Assembly (NCBI GenBank): GCA_964012095.1
Contig: CAXGRK010000001.1
Coordinates: forward strand, 1 to 37,339
Origin: an uncultured Opitutia bacterium
Lineage (GTDB): Bacteria; Verrucomicrobiota; Verrucomicrobiia; Opitutales; Seribacteraceae
DNA length: 37,339 bases
Direction of reading: 5' to 3'
Positions within the stretch are counted from its first letter, which is position 1. The number at the start of each line of letters is the position of its first letter. Of the stretch, positions 1 through 7,997 are shown piece after piece. The notes beneath the pieces were generated by a model, which did not search any database, was not told the origin of the DNA, and was given only the letters and a program-made list of their open reading frames with translations. Position numbers and translations under genes: made by a program.

Positions 1-409
1 AGGCAGGGGAAGGAGCAGAAGAACCACCCTGAATAAGAGTAATTTCATAGGTGGTTCCTTCATATTTTACTGTTAATGTTTCTGTCTGCTCGTCGAACTC
101 ATAAGCCTCAAATTCCTCGTAGGTGAGATCGCTCAGACTTATCCATTCGCCGCGATTTGATTTCTTGTTAAAAAGGCAAAAAAAAGGCTTTCCCTGGAAA
201 ATAAAATATCCTCGAAATTCAATTTCACGAGACATATCCTTTTGCGGTACAGGTCGAGGCTTATACTCAGTCTTTTTTGGAGGAGGTGGTTTCTGATTTG
301 AACCAGGTCTAAGAAAAGGATTGGGCGCATTCACCACGCCCCATGTATCATGACTCAATATCGTGAAGACTAAAAGAGTCATCAGGGTTACTTGAACTTT
401 TAAAAACAC
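1..409 (-). CDS. Partial (3'-truncated by window edge) exported hypothetical protein with a Pro/Lys-rich linker
   Basis: Not in the ORF track. My minus-strand translation from GTG 409 (or ATG 382) is open to the window edge: VFLKVQVTLMTLLVFTILSHDTWG...NPFLRPGSNQKPPPPKKTEYKPRP...IEFRGYFIFQGKPFFCLFNKKSNRGEWISL...YEFDEQTETLTVKYEGTTYEITL. It has a hydrophobic N-terminus. Confidence 0.7.
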   Translation of the reverse strand, partial: MFLKVQVTLMTLLVFTILSHDTWGVVNAPNPFLRPGSNQKPPPPKKTEYKPRPVPQKDMSREIEFRGYFIFQGKPFFCLFNKKSNRGEWISLSDLTYEEFEAYEFDEQTETLTVKYEGTTYEITLIQGGSSAPSPA

Positions 410-468
410 GGTGTTTTAAAATCTCACAATCCTATTATTTAAGCAAGAAATCATGTACTTTATGGTGC

Positions 469-828
469 CTAAGAAACAAGGCGATGGCCCAAAAAAACCG
501 CAGACAATGTACCAGCAATACTTAGAAAGATGTAGATTATACTTAATCCAAATTGTTCATTTCTGAAAAAATTAAAAAAATCGTAACCAAAAGCGGAAAA
601 GGTAGTGAATCCGCCACAAAAACCAACCATCCAAAAAGCCCGCCAATAATCAGGGTTTTCAATGCTTTCAATCCAGGCTGCAAGTATTCCAATGAGAAGG
701 CCCCCCGTAATATTAATCGATAGCGTGACCCAAGGAAGCGAGTTAGAGAATAGTAAACAGAGTGTAAACCTGAATATAGAACCTAATCCTCCACCCAGAC
801 CAACAAGCAAAACCAACTTGGTGCTCAC
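469..828 (-). CDS. crcB: Fluoride efflux channel CrcB/FluC
   Basis: 119 aa with four hydrophobic segments; motifs GGGLGSIFRF, PWVTLSINITG and GFCGGFTTFSAF. Confidence 0.93.
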   Translation of the reverse strand: MSTKLVLLVGLGGGLGSIFRFTLCLLFSNSLPWVTLSINITGGLLIGILAAWIESIENPDYWRAFWMVGFCGGFTTFSAFGYDFFNFFRNEQFGLSIIYIFLSIAGTLSAVFLGHRLVS

Positions 829-848
829 ACCGACAAAAGATAATTAGG

Positions 849-1514
849 TTAATTTACTGGATCAGAATCTTGATCTGCAAGAACTTCTTCAGGCTCATCT
901 TCTTCAGCCGAATCATCGCTTTCTTCTGTCTCCAGATCTTCCAAGGAATTATATTTTAAAGTCCTTTGATTTTTAGGGAGTGGTGACAAACTAACAATTA
1001 TAAAGCGTCCGTTCAACTTGGGCTGGTCATCAGCTTTACCAACTCCAGAAAGGTCTTTGATCGCCTGCTTCACCAAGTCCATTCCCAGGTTAACATGTTC
1101 CATCTCCCTACCCCTGAACATCAGAGTTATTTTCAATTTATTCCCCTGGTGCAAAAATTTCTCTGAGCGACGCACCTTGGTCATATAATCATGCTCTTCG
1201 ATACGAGGACGAAATTTTGCTTCTTTAACTCTTTTAGCCGTCTTTTCCTTGTTTCTTTTGCTTTTGCTAAGTTCGTATTTGTACTTACCAAATTCCAAAA
1301 TTCTACATACAGGTGGACGAGCAGATGCAGCAACTTCCACCAAATCAAGGCCATGAGACTTAGCAATTTTCACTGCTTCTTCTGGAGGCATCACGCCGAG
1401 CATCTCGCCATCTGGACCGATAACCCGGACTTCACGTGCCCGAATTTTGTCGTTTTTACGAATGTAGTTACGGTTTTGCTGGTACCGTTTGTTACCACCG
1501 GGTTTTTTTACCAT
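849..1514 (-). CDS. infC: Translation initiation factor IF-3 with an acidic C-terminal tail
   Basis: Motifs NDKIRAREVRVIG, LDLVEVA..ARPPVCRI.EFGKYKYE, KFRPRIEEHDY and MFRGRE. Confidence 0.97.
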   Translation of the reverse strand: MVKKPGGNKRYQQNRNYIRKNDKIRAREVRVIGPDGEMLGVMPPEEAVKIAKSHGLDLVEVAASARPPVCRILEFGKYKYELSKSKRNKEKTAKRVKEAKFRPRIEEHDYMTKVRRSEKFLHQGNKLKITLMFRGREMEHVNLGMDLVKQAIKDLSGVGKADDQPKLNGRFIIVSLSPLPKNQRTLKYNSLEDLETEESDDSAEEDEPEEVLADQDSDPVN

Positions 1515-1603
1515 GTGGTTGTATGTAATTTAAGGGTAATCAAAATATGATTTGTTTTTGTTACGAATTAGACATTGTTGCAAGCACATTTTATACTTTG
1601 TGA

Positions 1604-1945
1604 TTAGAGGTTGAAACTCTCACCACAACTACAACTCGCCTTTGCATTAGGGTTGATAAATTTAAATCCCCCCCCTACCAATTTACTTGAATAATCGAGT
1701 GTCGTACCTCTGAGATAAAGGGCCGTCTTGGAGTCCACCAAAACCGATCTACCAGAACTTTCGACAAGTATATCTTTGTCTTTGGCATCATTTACAAATT
1801 TCATCTTGTAAGATAACCCGTTGCAACCGCCACCCGTTATCTTAATCCTCAGGTAATTGCCTTCCGACTCTCGTTCCATCAAATCATTTATTTTTAACCC
1901 TGCTTCTGGGGTTAAACATATCAATTTTTCATTTCCAATTAGCAT
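1604..1945 (-). CDS. A-type Fe-S cluster carrier (HesB/IscA/SufA/ErpA family)
   Basis: GGGCNGLSY and C-terminal NPNAKASCSCGESF, giving three conserved Cys. Confidence 0.95.
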   Translation of the reverse strand: MLIGNEKLICLTPEAGLKINDLMERESEGNYLRIKITGGGCNGLSYKMKFVNDAKDKDILVESSGRSVLVDSKTALYLRGTTLDYSSKLVGGGFKFINPNAKASCSCGESFNL

Positions 1946-2746
1946 TTAATCCACTTTTTTTTGACTTCGAGCAAAACCGCGCTGGCCCGATGCAAAAAAC
2001 TCCAAAAATTCACGAATAGTCTCTGAAGATTCTTCGTCAATATGCTCCATAAGCTTCTCAGCTAAGCTTTTAACTTTTACCGGACGAGTTAAGAGTTCTC
2101 GGAAAAAACGCTTAAGTGCATTGATGTCCTGCTTGCTAACATTTCTTCTTTTTAATCCCACTTTGTTCAGACCACATGCACGATTTCTACCCATTACAAG
2201 CAAATGAGGGCCAACATCCTTAGATATTTCAGCAAGACCTCCAACCATTGAACCAGGACCGATTCGTACAAATTGATGAACGGCTGCACCTCCACCCACG
2301 AATGTATCATCGCCGATCTCAACATGCCCCCCAAGCAGTGCTCCATTGGCCAAAATAACTCGATCACCCAGAATTGAATCATGAGCCACATGTGAATTAC
2401 CCATTAAAAAGGCTCCATTTCCCACTTTTGTGGTCTGGCCTTTATAAAGCGACCGATGAATGGTTACACCTTCACCTATACGAACTTGATCACCTAAAGT
2501 GAGAAAAGACTCCGTTGAGGAATCAAAATCTATGTGCTGGGGATCACCACCCAACACGCTGTGATGGCCAATTCTTGCCTTTTCACCAATTCGAGCCCAT
2601 TTTTTAACTACAGCATGTGATTCTATTAAAGAACCATCTCCAATAACTGCTCCATCCTCTATAAACGCGTATGGGCCGACGGATATGCCTCTTCCGATTA
2701 TAGTTTCGGGTTCTACGATAGCTGTTTGGTGAATTAAAGAATCCAT
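1946..2746 (-). CDS. lpxA: Acyl-ACP--UDP-N-acetylglucosamine O-acyltransferase
   Basis: Hexapeptide repeats with IHQTAIV, GGDPQH, EGVTIHR, HVAHD, LGGHV, VHQFVRIG and GLNKVGLKRR. Confidence 0.92.
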   Translation of the reverse strand: MDSLIHQTAIVEPETIIGRGISVGPYAFIEDGAVIGDGSLIESHAVVKKWARIGEKARIGHHSVLGGDPQHIDFDSSTESFLTLGDQVRIGEGVTIHRSLYKGQTTKVGNGAFLMGNSHVAHDSILGDRVILANGALLGGHVEIGDDTFVGGGAAVHQFVRIGPGSMVGGLAEISKDVGPHLLVMGRNRACGLNKVGLKRRNVSKQDINALKRFFRELLTRPVKVKSLAEKLMEHIDEESSETIREFLEFFASGQRGFARSQKKVD

Positions 2747-2749
2747 AAC

Positions 2750-3337
2750 CTATTCGAAAATATCTAATTGTGGTTCTGTTGCCAACCCATATAGCTTTAA
2801 CAATTTAAGCAGATGCATCGATGGGTTTCCTCTACTTTCAGGTTTCCCGGAAACATTTCGTAACAAATTTTCCAAAACGGAACTCATCGTCAAGACACCA
2901 TTTATCCCGTTAGCCTTGAGTAATTCAAAAAGATCCTTTGTTTTGTTCTCTGATTTTGGCAAGGCAGGAACGATCAATTTTAATTGATCTTCTTTCATTA
3001 AACTTTTCAGGTTTCCCCCTACCCATAGAGCTTTCTGATTATCAATTTGTTTCCGGAAAAACTTTAACAGGCGGACATCATTACTGAGAAGATCTGGAGA
3101 GAATCCACTCACCTGCCAGTCGATCAAACCAAAGACTGATGACTCATATCTTGCAAGATCACCTGTGAATAGACGAAATCGCTTTTCTTGAACTAAAGAT
3201 AAATTTGATGACCTAAAAATTTCAAAAAATGGGAAATGTGATTTTGTTTTACTGATTTCAGAAGCGAATTCATGCAGTCGGACCCAAAATCCATTTTTTT
3301 CAAAATAAGCCCGAATCAAGTCACATTCAACATTCAC
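2750..3337 (-). CDS. Conserved hypothetical cytoplasmic protein ending in QLDIF (clamp-binding-like motif)
   Basis: 195-aa ORF packed between aroB and lpxA (gaps of 10 and 3 nt). It starts ECDLIRAYFEKNGFWVR and ends EPQLDIFE. Confidence 0.8.
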   Translation of the reverse strand: MNVECDLIRAYFEKNGFWVRLHEFASEISKTKSHFPFFEIFRSSNLSLVQEKRFRLFTGDLARYESSVFGLIDWQVSGFSPDLLSNDVRLLKFFRKQIDNQKALWVGGNLKSLMKEDQLKLIVPALPKSENKTKDLFELLKANGINGVLTMSSVLENLLRNVSGKPESRGNPSMHLLKLLKLYGLATEPQLDIFE

Positions 3338-3347
3338 ACAATAATAT

Positions 3348-4454
3348 TTAGCGGGCTCCTATCGATTGAAGAATTTCCGAAACAACTTCAATGCCGACTG
3401 AATTCTCTACATGAGAAGAGCCTATCTTGTCCATGACCACAAAACGTAAAGCACCTTTGTGAACCTTTTTATCGTTCATCATCGCACTCAAAAGTCGAGC
3501 CAAAGATAGTTGGGAAGTTAATTCAATTGGCAGATTATATCTCGCAAGCAACTCAAGCAGTACATTCTCGGATTCATTTTCACATAAACCCAATTTGCAC
3601 GATAGGCGATAGGCACAAACCAAACCAATGGCAACAGCTTCTCCATGTAAATAACTTCCATAACCAGCAGTCGCTTCAATTGCATGACCAAAAGTATGTC
3701 CTAAATTAAGAAGTGCCCTCCCCCCCTGAATCAGTGATTCTTTCTCGTCATCGCGTACAATCCTTGATTTATCCAAGCAACACTGATGCACGATAGCTGA
3801 TAATTCAGAATGCTCAGGTGAAAGAGCTTGCGGCAAAGAAACGAGCTTTTGGTATAAAGATGCATTTCCCAACATGCCATATTTAATAACCTCAGCCATT
3901 CCAGCAGAAAATTCTCGAGGCGGAAGGGTTTTTAGAACTTCTAAATCAATAATCACCCGACTGGGTTGATGAAAAGCACCCACTAAGTTTTTACCTGCAG
4001 ATAGGTTAATTCCGGTTTTGCCACCCACAGAGCTATCAACCATGGAGAGTAAAGTTGTAGGGACTTGTATAAAATCAATACCACGAAGATAGCTTGCAGC
4101 CAAAAATCCGCCAAGGTCCCCGCTGACTCCACCTCCAAATACAAAGATTACACCCGTACGGTCTATTTTATTGGAAGCTAGAAAATCCCAACCCCTGCAC
4201 AACCATTCACTGGATTTAGATTCTTCCCCTGATGGAATTTTTAAATGGGGCAAATCGCATACAAATTCTTTAATAAAAGATGGGTTCGCCTCGGACAGCC
4301 CGTTATCAACAAGGGCAACAATTTTTCTACCATCTTGTTGTAAATTTGCTTTGTGCTCGTTCAAGGTGTCCCGACAACGAAAACCAATACTTATTTCATA
4401 AGAACGATCTCCCAATTCAACTTCAAGTCGCTGATGATCGATCTTAATTTTCAT
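3348..4454 (-). CDS. aroB: 3-dehydroquinate synthase
   Basis: Motifs GGGVSGDLGGF, PTTLLSMVDSSVGGKTGIN, GKNLVGAFHQP, AEVIKY, LNLGHTFGHAIE and HGEAVAIG. Confidence 0.97.
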   Translation of the reverse strand: MKIKIDHQRLEVELGDRSYEISIGFRCRDTLNEHKANLQQDGRKIVALVDNGLSEANPSFIKEFVCDLPHLKIPSGEESKSSEWLCRGWDFLASNKIDRTGVIFVFGGGVSGDLGGFLAASYLRGIDFIQVPTTLLSMVDSSVGGKTGINLSAGKNLVGAFHQPSRVIIDLEVLKTLPPREFSAGMAEVIKYGMLGNASLYQKLVSLPQALSPEHSELSAIVHQCCLDKSRIVRDDEKESLIQGGRALLNLGHTFGHAIEATAGYGSYLHGEAVAIGLVCAYRLSCKLGLCENESENVLLELLARYNLPIELTSQLSLARLLSAMMNDKKVHKGALRFVVMDKIGSSHVENSVGIEVVSEILQSIGAR

Positions 4455-4468
4455 AACTTCTCTTAAAT

Positions 4469-5398
4469 TCAGGAATCTTTTTGGACTTCTGGCAAGATGG
4501 AATCGAGATAATAGTCTACAGAGAAAGGCTGTAGATCATCTGCATTTTCTCCCAACCCTATGAAATAGATAGGTAATTTCATTGTTCTAAAAATCGAAAC
4601 CAAAGCTCCTCCCTTAGAAGAACCATCTAACTTGGTAACAATAATGCCCGTAAGGCCGAATTTTTCATGAAAAACTTTCGCCTGTTCAGTCACATTTAAA
4701 CCGGTCGAACCATCAATTACCAACCAAGAGTGATGCGGTGCCGCTGAGTTTTTTTTCTGCAAAACTCGCTTTAGCTTACTAAGTTCATCCATCAGGTTAT
4801 CTTTGACATGCAGTCTACCCGCAGTGTCAACGACTAGGCGGTCATATTCCCTGGATTCACAGGCTGAATAAGCATCAAAAGCCACTGCAGCAGAATCCGC
4901 ACCGTGATGCCCTGAAACGATCTCGAGATCCAATTTATCCGACCAACTGATCAACTGTTCTGTGGCTGCCGCTCTAAAAGTGTCACATGCCGCAAGAAGA
5001 GATGATGAATTATTTTGTTTAAACCTGTATCCCAATTTCGCACAGGTAGTGGTTTTGCCGGATCCATTTACCCCCACCAAACAAATGACTTCTGGAACTG
5101 AATCAGGTTTTTCAGATAATTTACCTTCAGAGCCATCAAGAATTCTTCTAAGAATTTCTCTAGCCAAAGTGTTGGCATCTTCCCCTCGAAAATTTTCGTC
5201 ATGACGATGGGCTTCACGAATTCTTTCAATAATTTCCTCCGTTGTCTCAACCCCAAAGTCACTTTGATAGAAAGCCTCTTCCAGATCCAACAAATCGCTT
5301 TCTTCCAGTCGAGTACGACCAACCATCTTTCCGACTGCATCCTGTAAAGCATTGGCACCCCGTTTAAACCCACTTTTAAACTTTGAAAATATCCCCAT
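4469..5398 (-). CDS. ftsY: Signal recognition particle receptor FtsY (NG domains only)
   Basis: Motifs GVNGSGKTTT, DTFRAAATEQL, DTAGR, TKLDGSSKGG and GLGENADDLQPF. Confidence 0.97.
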   Translation of the reverse strand: MGIFSKFKSGFKRGANALQDAVGKMVGRTRLEESDLLDLEEAFYQSDFGVETTEEIIERIREAHRHDENFRGEDANTLAREILRRILDGSEGKLSEKPDSVPEVICLVGVNGSGKTTTCAKLGYRFKQNNSSSLLAACDTFRAAATEQLISWSDKLDLEIVSGHHGADSAAVAFDAYSACESREYDRLVVDTAGRLHVKDNLMDELSKLKRVLQKKNSAAPHHSWLVIDGSTGLNVTEQAKVFHEKFGLTGIIVTKLDGSSKGGALVSIFRTMKLPIYFIGLGENADDLQPFSVDYYLDSILPEVQKDS

Positions 5399-5406
5399 TA
5401 ATTTCC

Positions 5407-6012
5407 TTATTTAAGTAAAACTTCCTTCACATGTGGCTTGATCAAAAGGGTACAGCATGAAAATTCCAAAATTTGATCCGTACAGCAATCTTTCGCTTCA
5501 TATTTTCTTACCGAAAGCATAAGTGTTCGATCACTGAGGTTCCAAATATCGGTGACTGTTCCTCCAAGATCATTTACTGGAATATCAAAATATTCGGGAA
5601 AGTTACGAGACTTTGAAGGTTTTCCATACGCATTTATAACGCGCTCCCTCAGGTTTTTCCACTCCTTAGAAACTACATCATCGTAATGGAAGTCCTGCCA
5701 TCCCTTGTTACCCTCAATTAAACATAAAGCGAGTTTATCATCGATTAATTTACTGGCTAACTCATATCTTATTCCATCCCAACGGACAGCAGATTTGACT
5801 ACCCCGGCACTCTTTTCTTCATAAATTTGAATAAAGCCATTTTTTCGCAATGTTGAAAGCACTTCCTCCCGTGAATCTCCAACGGATAAACCACCGTAAA
5901 TAATAGGGTTCCCCGGCTTAGCTAAATCAGGCGATTGCGGTAATTTCGCAAAAGTCTGACCTTCGGAAAAGATCAAACCAAAAAAGGAAAGACATAAGAA
6001 CCCAATTCTCAC
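5407..6012 (-). CDS. Exported hypothetical protein with two vicinal Cys pairs near the C-terminus
   Basis: Signal-peptide-like N-terminus (GTG start); KDCCTDQILEFSCCTLL; 4-nt and 8-nt gaps to its neighbours. Confidence 0.75.
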   Translation of the reverse strand: MRIGFLCLSFFGLIFSEGQTFAKLPQSPDLAKPGNPIIYGGLSVGDSREEVLSTLRKNGFIQIYEEKSAGVVKSAVRWDGIRYELASKLIDDKLALCLIEGNKGWQDFHYDDVVSKEWKNLRERVINAYGKPSKSRNFPEYFDIPVNDLGGTVTDIWNLSDRTLMLSVRKYEAKDCCTDQILEFSCCTLLIKPHVKEVLLK

Positions 6013-6016
6013 GGAA

Positions 6017-7159
6017 TTATAAGTCGTAATAAATTCGCTCGAGTGTAAGCAAGGCGTAAGAAGTAACTAGAACAGGATCCTTTTCCCACCACCTGCCATT
6101 ATCATTTATCCAGGATCCGTCTTTTGATTGTAAATTTAAGAGATGCAGGGCAAGTTCCTTTCGCCAATCCTGCGAAACACCTTTTTCGTCTGAAATGGTG
6201 GTGATTCTTGATAGGGTAAGAGCTTTGGCCATCGTATGATAGTAATAAAAAAGGCCCTGAGGTCCCATGCCCGGGTTTTCTTTAATAGTGTAATGCTTAG
6301 TCAGCCATTCCTTAACCGCAAGAACGCGAGGATCCTGTGAGTCCATTTCTGCGTAGATGAAGGAAAGTAAACCTGCGTAACTCATGCTCCCGTAAGATCG
6401 TAAAGCGATCGATCCGTTTGTATTTTGTCGCTCTCCAGCCATGCTACTCCCGGGAAAGTATACGAATCCTCCACGATCTTCTTGGTGGTCGCTTACCCAT
6501 TTCTCTTTATTTGTGGATGGCAAGTTTTGACACTTACTCACAAAGGTAATTGCTGCATCCCAGTCGAGGTCGCCCCCCTCCCCTTCTTTATTTTGATAAG
6601 TCTTTTTAGCATAGAATAAAGCTTCCATAGCTAAGTGGGTATTGGAAAGATCTGAATGTGCCCATCTTGATCCATATCCTACTCCTCCATCAAAAACATT
6701 GTCTGATTCACCTTTGTTATCGAAATCTGATTGTTGATTTATCAAAAATTTACGAGCAGCTTGGATAATTGCATCGTCCTGTTGATCTTTGTGCTGCATT
6801 AAAGCCATTAAGCAGATAGATGTATTGTACGAAGCTAGCCCCTTACCGTAGATCCCCCCATCTGACTGTACCTTTGACCGGATGAAACCAAGCCCTCCTT
6901 CAAGTGTTTTTGCATATTTCTTTAATACTTGCGGGGAAGGATGCCCAAGGAAAGATCTAACCGCTAAGCCGGTCAACGCAGGATATTCCTCAATTCCCCA
7001 ATTCCCTGAACTCCTATTTTGCTCTTTGTTAAGCCAATTCAAACCGAGATCCAAAGATCTTTCAATTTCCTGCTTTATCGAAAGATTGATCGTTGGTTTC
7101 ACGGCCCAACCAGGAAGATAGAAACAAAAGAACAGTAAAATAGTAGGAAGATATTTCAT
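6017..7159 (-). CDS. Exported prenyltransferase/squalene-oxidase-repeat (alpha/alpha barrel, terpene-cyclase-like) protein
   Basis: Signal peptide MKYLPTILLFFCFYLPGWA; QW-like repeats QNRSSGNW, QSDGGI, CQN...GGFVY and LQSKDGSW; motif HSDLSNT. Confidence 0.85.
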   Translation of the reverse strand: MKYLPTILLFFCFYLPGWAVKPTINLSIKQEIERSLDLGLNWLNKEQNRSSGNWGIEEYPALTGLAVRSFLGHPSPQVLKKYAKTLEGGLGFIRSKVQSDGGIYGKGLASYNTSICLMALMQHKDQQDDAIIQAARKFLINQQSDFDNKGESDNVFDGGVGYGSRWAHSDLSNTHLAMEALFYAKKTYQNKEGEGGDLDWDAAITFVSKCQNLPSTNKEKWVSDHQEDRGGFVYFPGSSMAGERQNTNGSIALRSYGSMSYAGLLSFIYAEMDSQDPRVLAVKEWLTKHYTIKENPGMGPQGLFYYYHTMAKALTLSRITTISDEKGVSQDWRKELALHLLNLQSKDGSWINDNGRWWEKDPVLVTSYALLTLERIYYDL

Positions 7160-7176
7160 AAGAATATCCTACAAAT

Positions 7177-7869
7177 TCAATCTACCTTAGGCAAGAGGAA
7201 GCGAATTCTAACAGGCGTTTCTAATTCTGGCATTTGCTTTTCATTAGCTATCCAGACATCATCGTTATTACTGTCGTGATCAGAACTGTTGATGACTGCT
7301 TCTTCATCCGCATAAACAGCAATCATTGATCCACTTAGCTCTGCTAGATAGGTACCCTCGATCTTTTTGGATCCTGTGAAAATAAAGGCATCCTCTCGGA
7401 GACTACTTTTGTCTTTTGTGTTCAAAGACAGTTCCTCCAACGAAGAAGTATGCAAAGTTCCATTCTGATCCCACTGCACTTCTGTTCTAATTCTACTTTT
7501 ACTAAAATCTAGTTTATTTGGTTTTTCAGACCATAAATTTTCGAAAAATCTAGATTCAACCGGTTGTTTTAATAGTAAAAGTGATGCGTGTAAAATTTGA
7601 GGACGAACTTTCGTTCTAAAAAGTGACTCATGGGTTTTCCCGGTCTCATGAACTAAGGCATATTCAATTAATCCATTTTTTTGATTACTAGTAGCGTTAA
7701 ATTCAACTATTCGTTTGTGCTGGTCTAGTAAGATTTCACCGAATTGAAATTTGGCTTCACCAACTTTTTGAATCGAAGGTAAATTTTGATTTGCTTCTTC
7801 CGCAGTAGAAGGAAAAGAAAGAATTAAAAATACGGAAAACAGGTTTGATAATAGGATTTTTTTTTTCAA
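7177..7869 (-). CDS. Exported YdjY-domain-like protein
   Basis: TTG start and signal peptide; motifs GLIEYALVHETGKTHESLF, LHASLLLL and FIFTGS match my recollection of YdjY-domain proteins of PVC bacteria. Confidence 0.65.
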   Translation of the reverse strand: MKKKILLSNLFSVFLILSFPSTAEEANQNLPSIQKVGEAKFQFGEILLDQHKRIVEFNATSNQKNGLIEYALVHETGKTHESLFRTKVRPQILHASLLLLKQPVESRFFENLWSEKPNKLDFSKSRIRTEVQWDQNGTLHTSSLEELSLNTKDKSSLREDAFIFTGSKKIEGTYLAELSGSMIAVYADEEAVINSSDHDSNNDDVWIANEKQMPELETPVRIRFLLPKVD

Positions 7870-7997
7870 AACTTTGATTTCTAGAATATTTTTTTATTAT
7901 TTTAAGACTACAATAGGTTGCAAGCCACACAAGCAACGGTTTAAATCTTATTTTTAATGGTTTTGACTTTATTAATAGAGTACCAAATATTTAAATT

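Noticed and set aside
139-330. 63-aa ORF from the track
   Set aside because: It overlaps, in a different frame, the longer signal-peptide-bearing ORF 409..1, which has more protein-like composition.
7857-7866. A10 homopolymer right after the start of the YdjY-like gene as a phase-variation tract
   Set aside because: It simply encodes MKKKI of a signal peptide in an AT-rich genome and the frame is intact. There is no evidence of length variation without reads.
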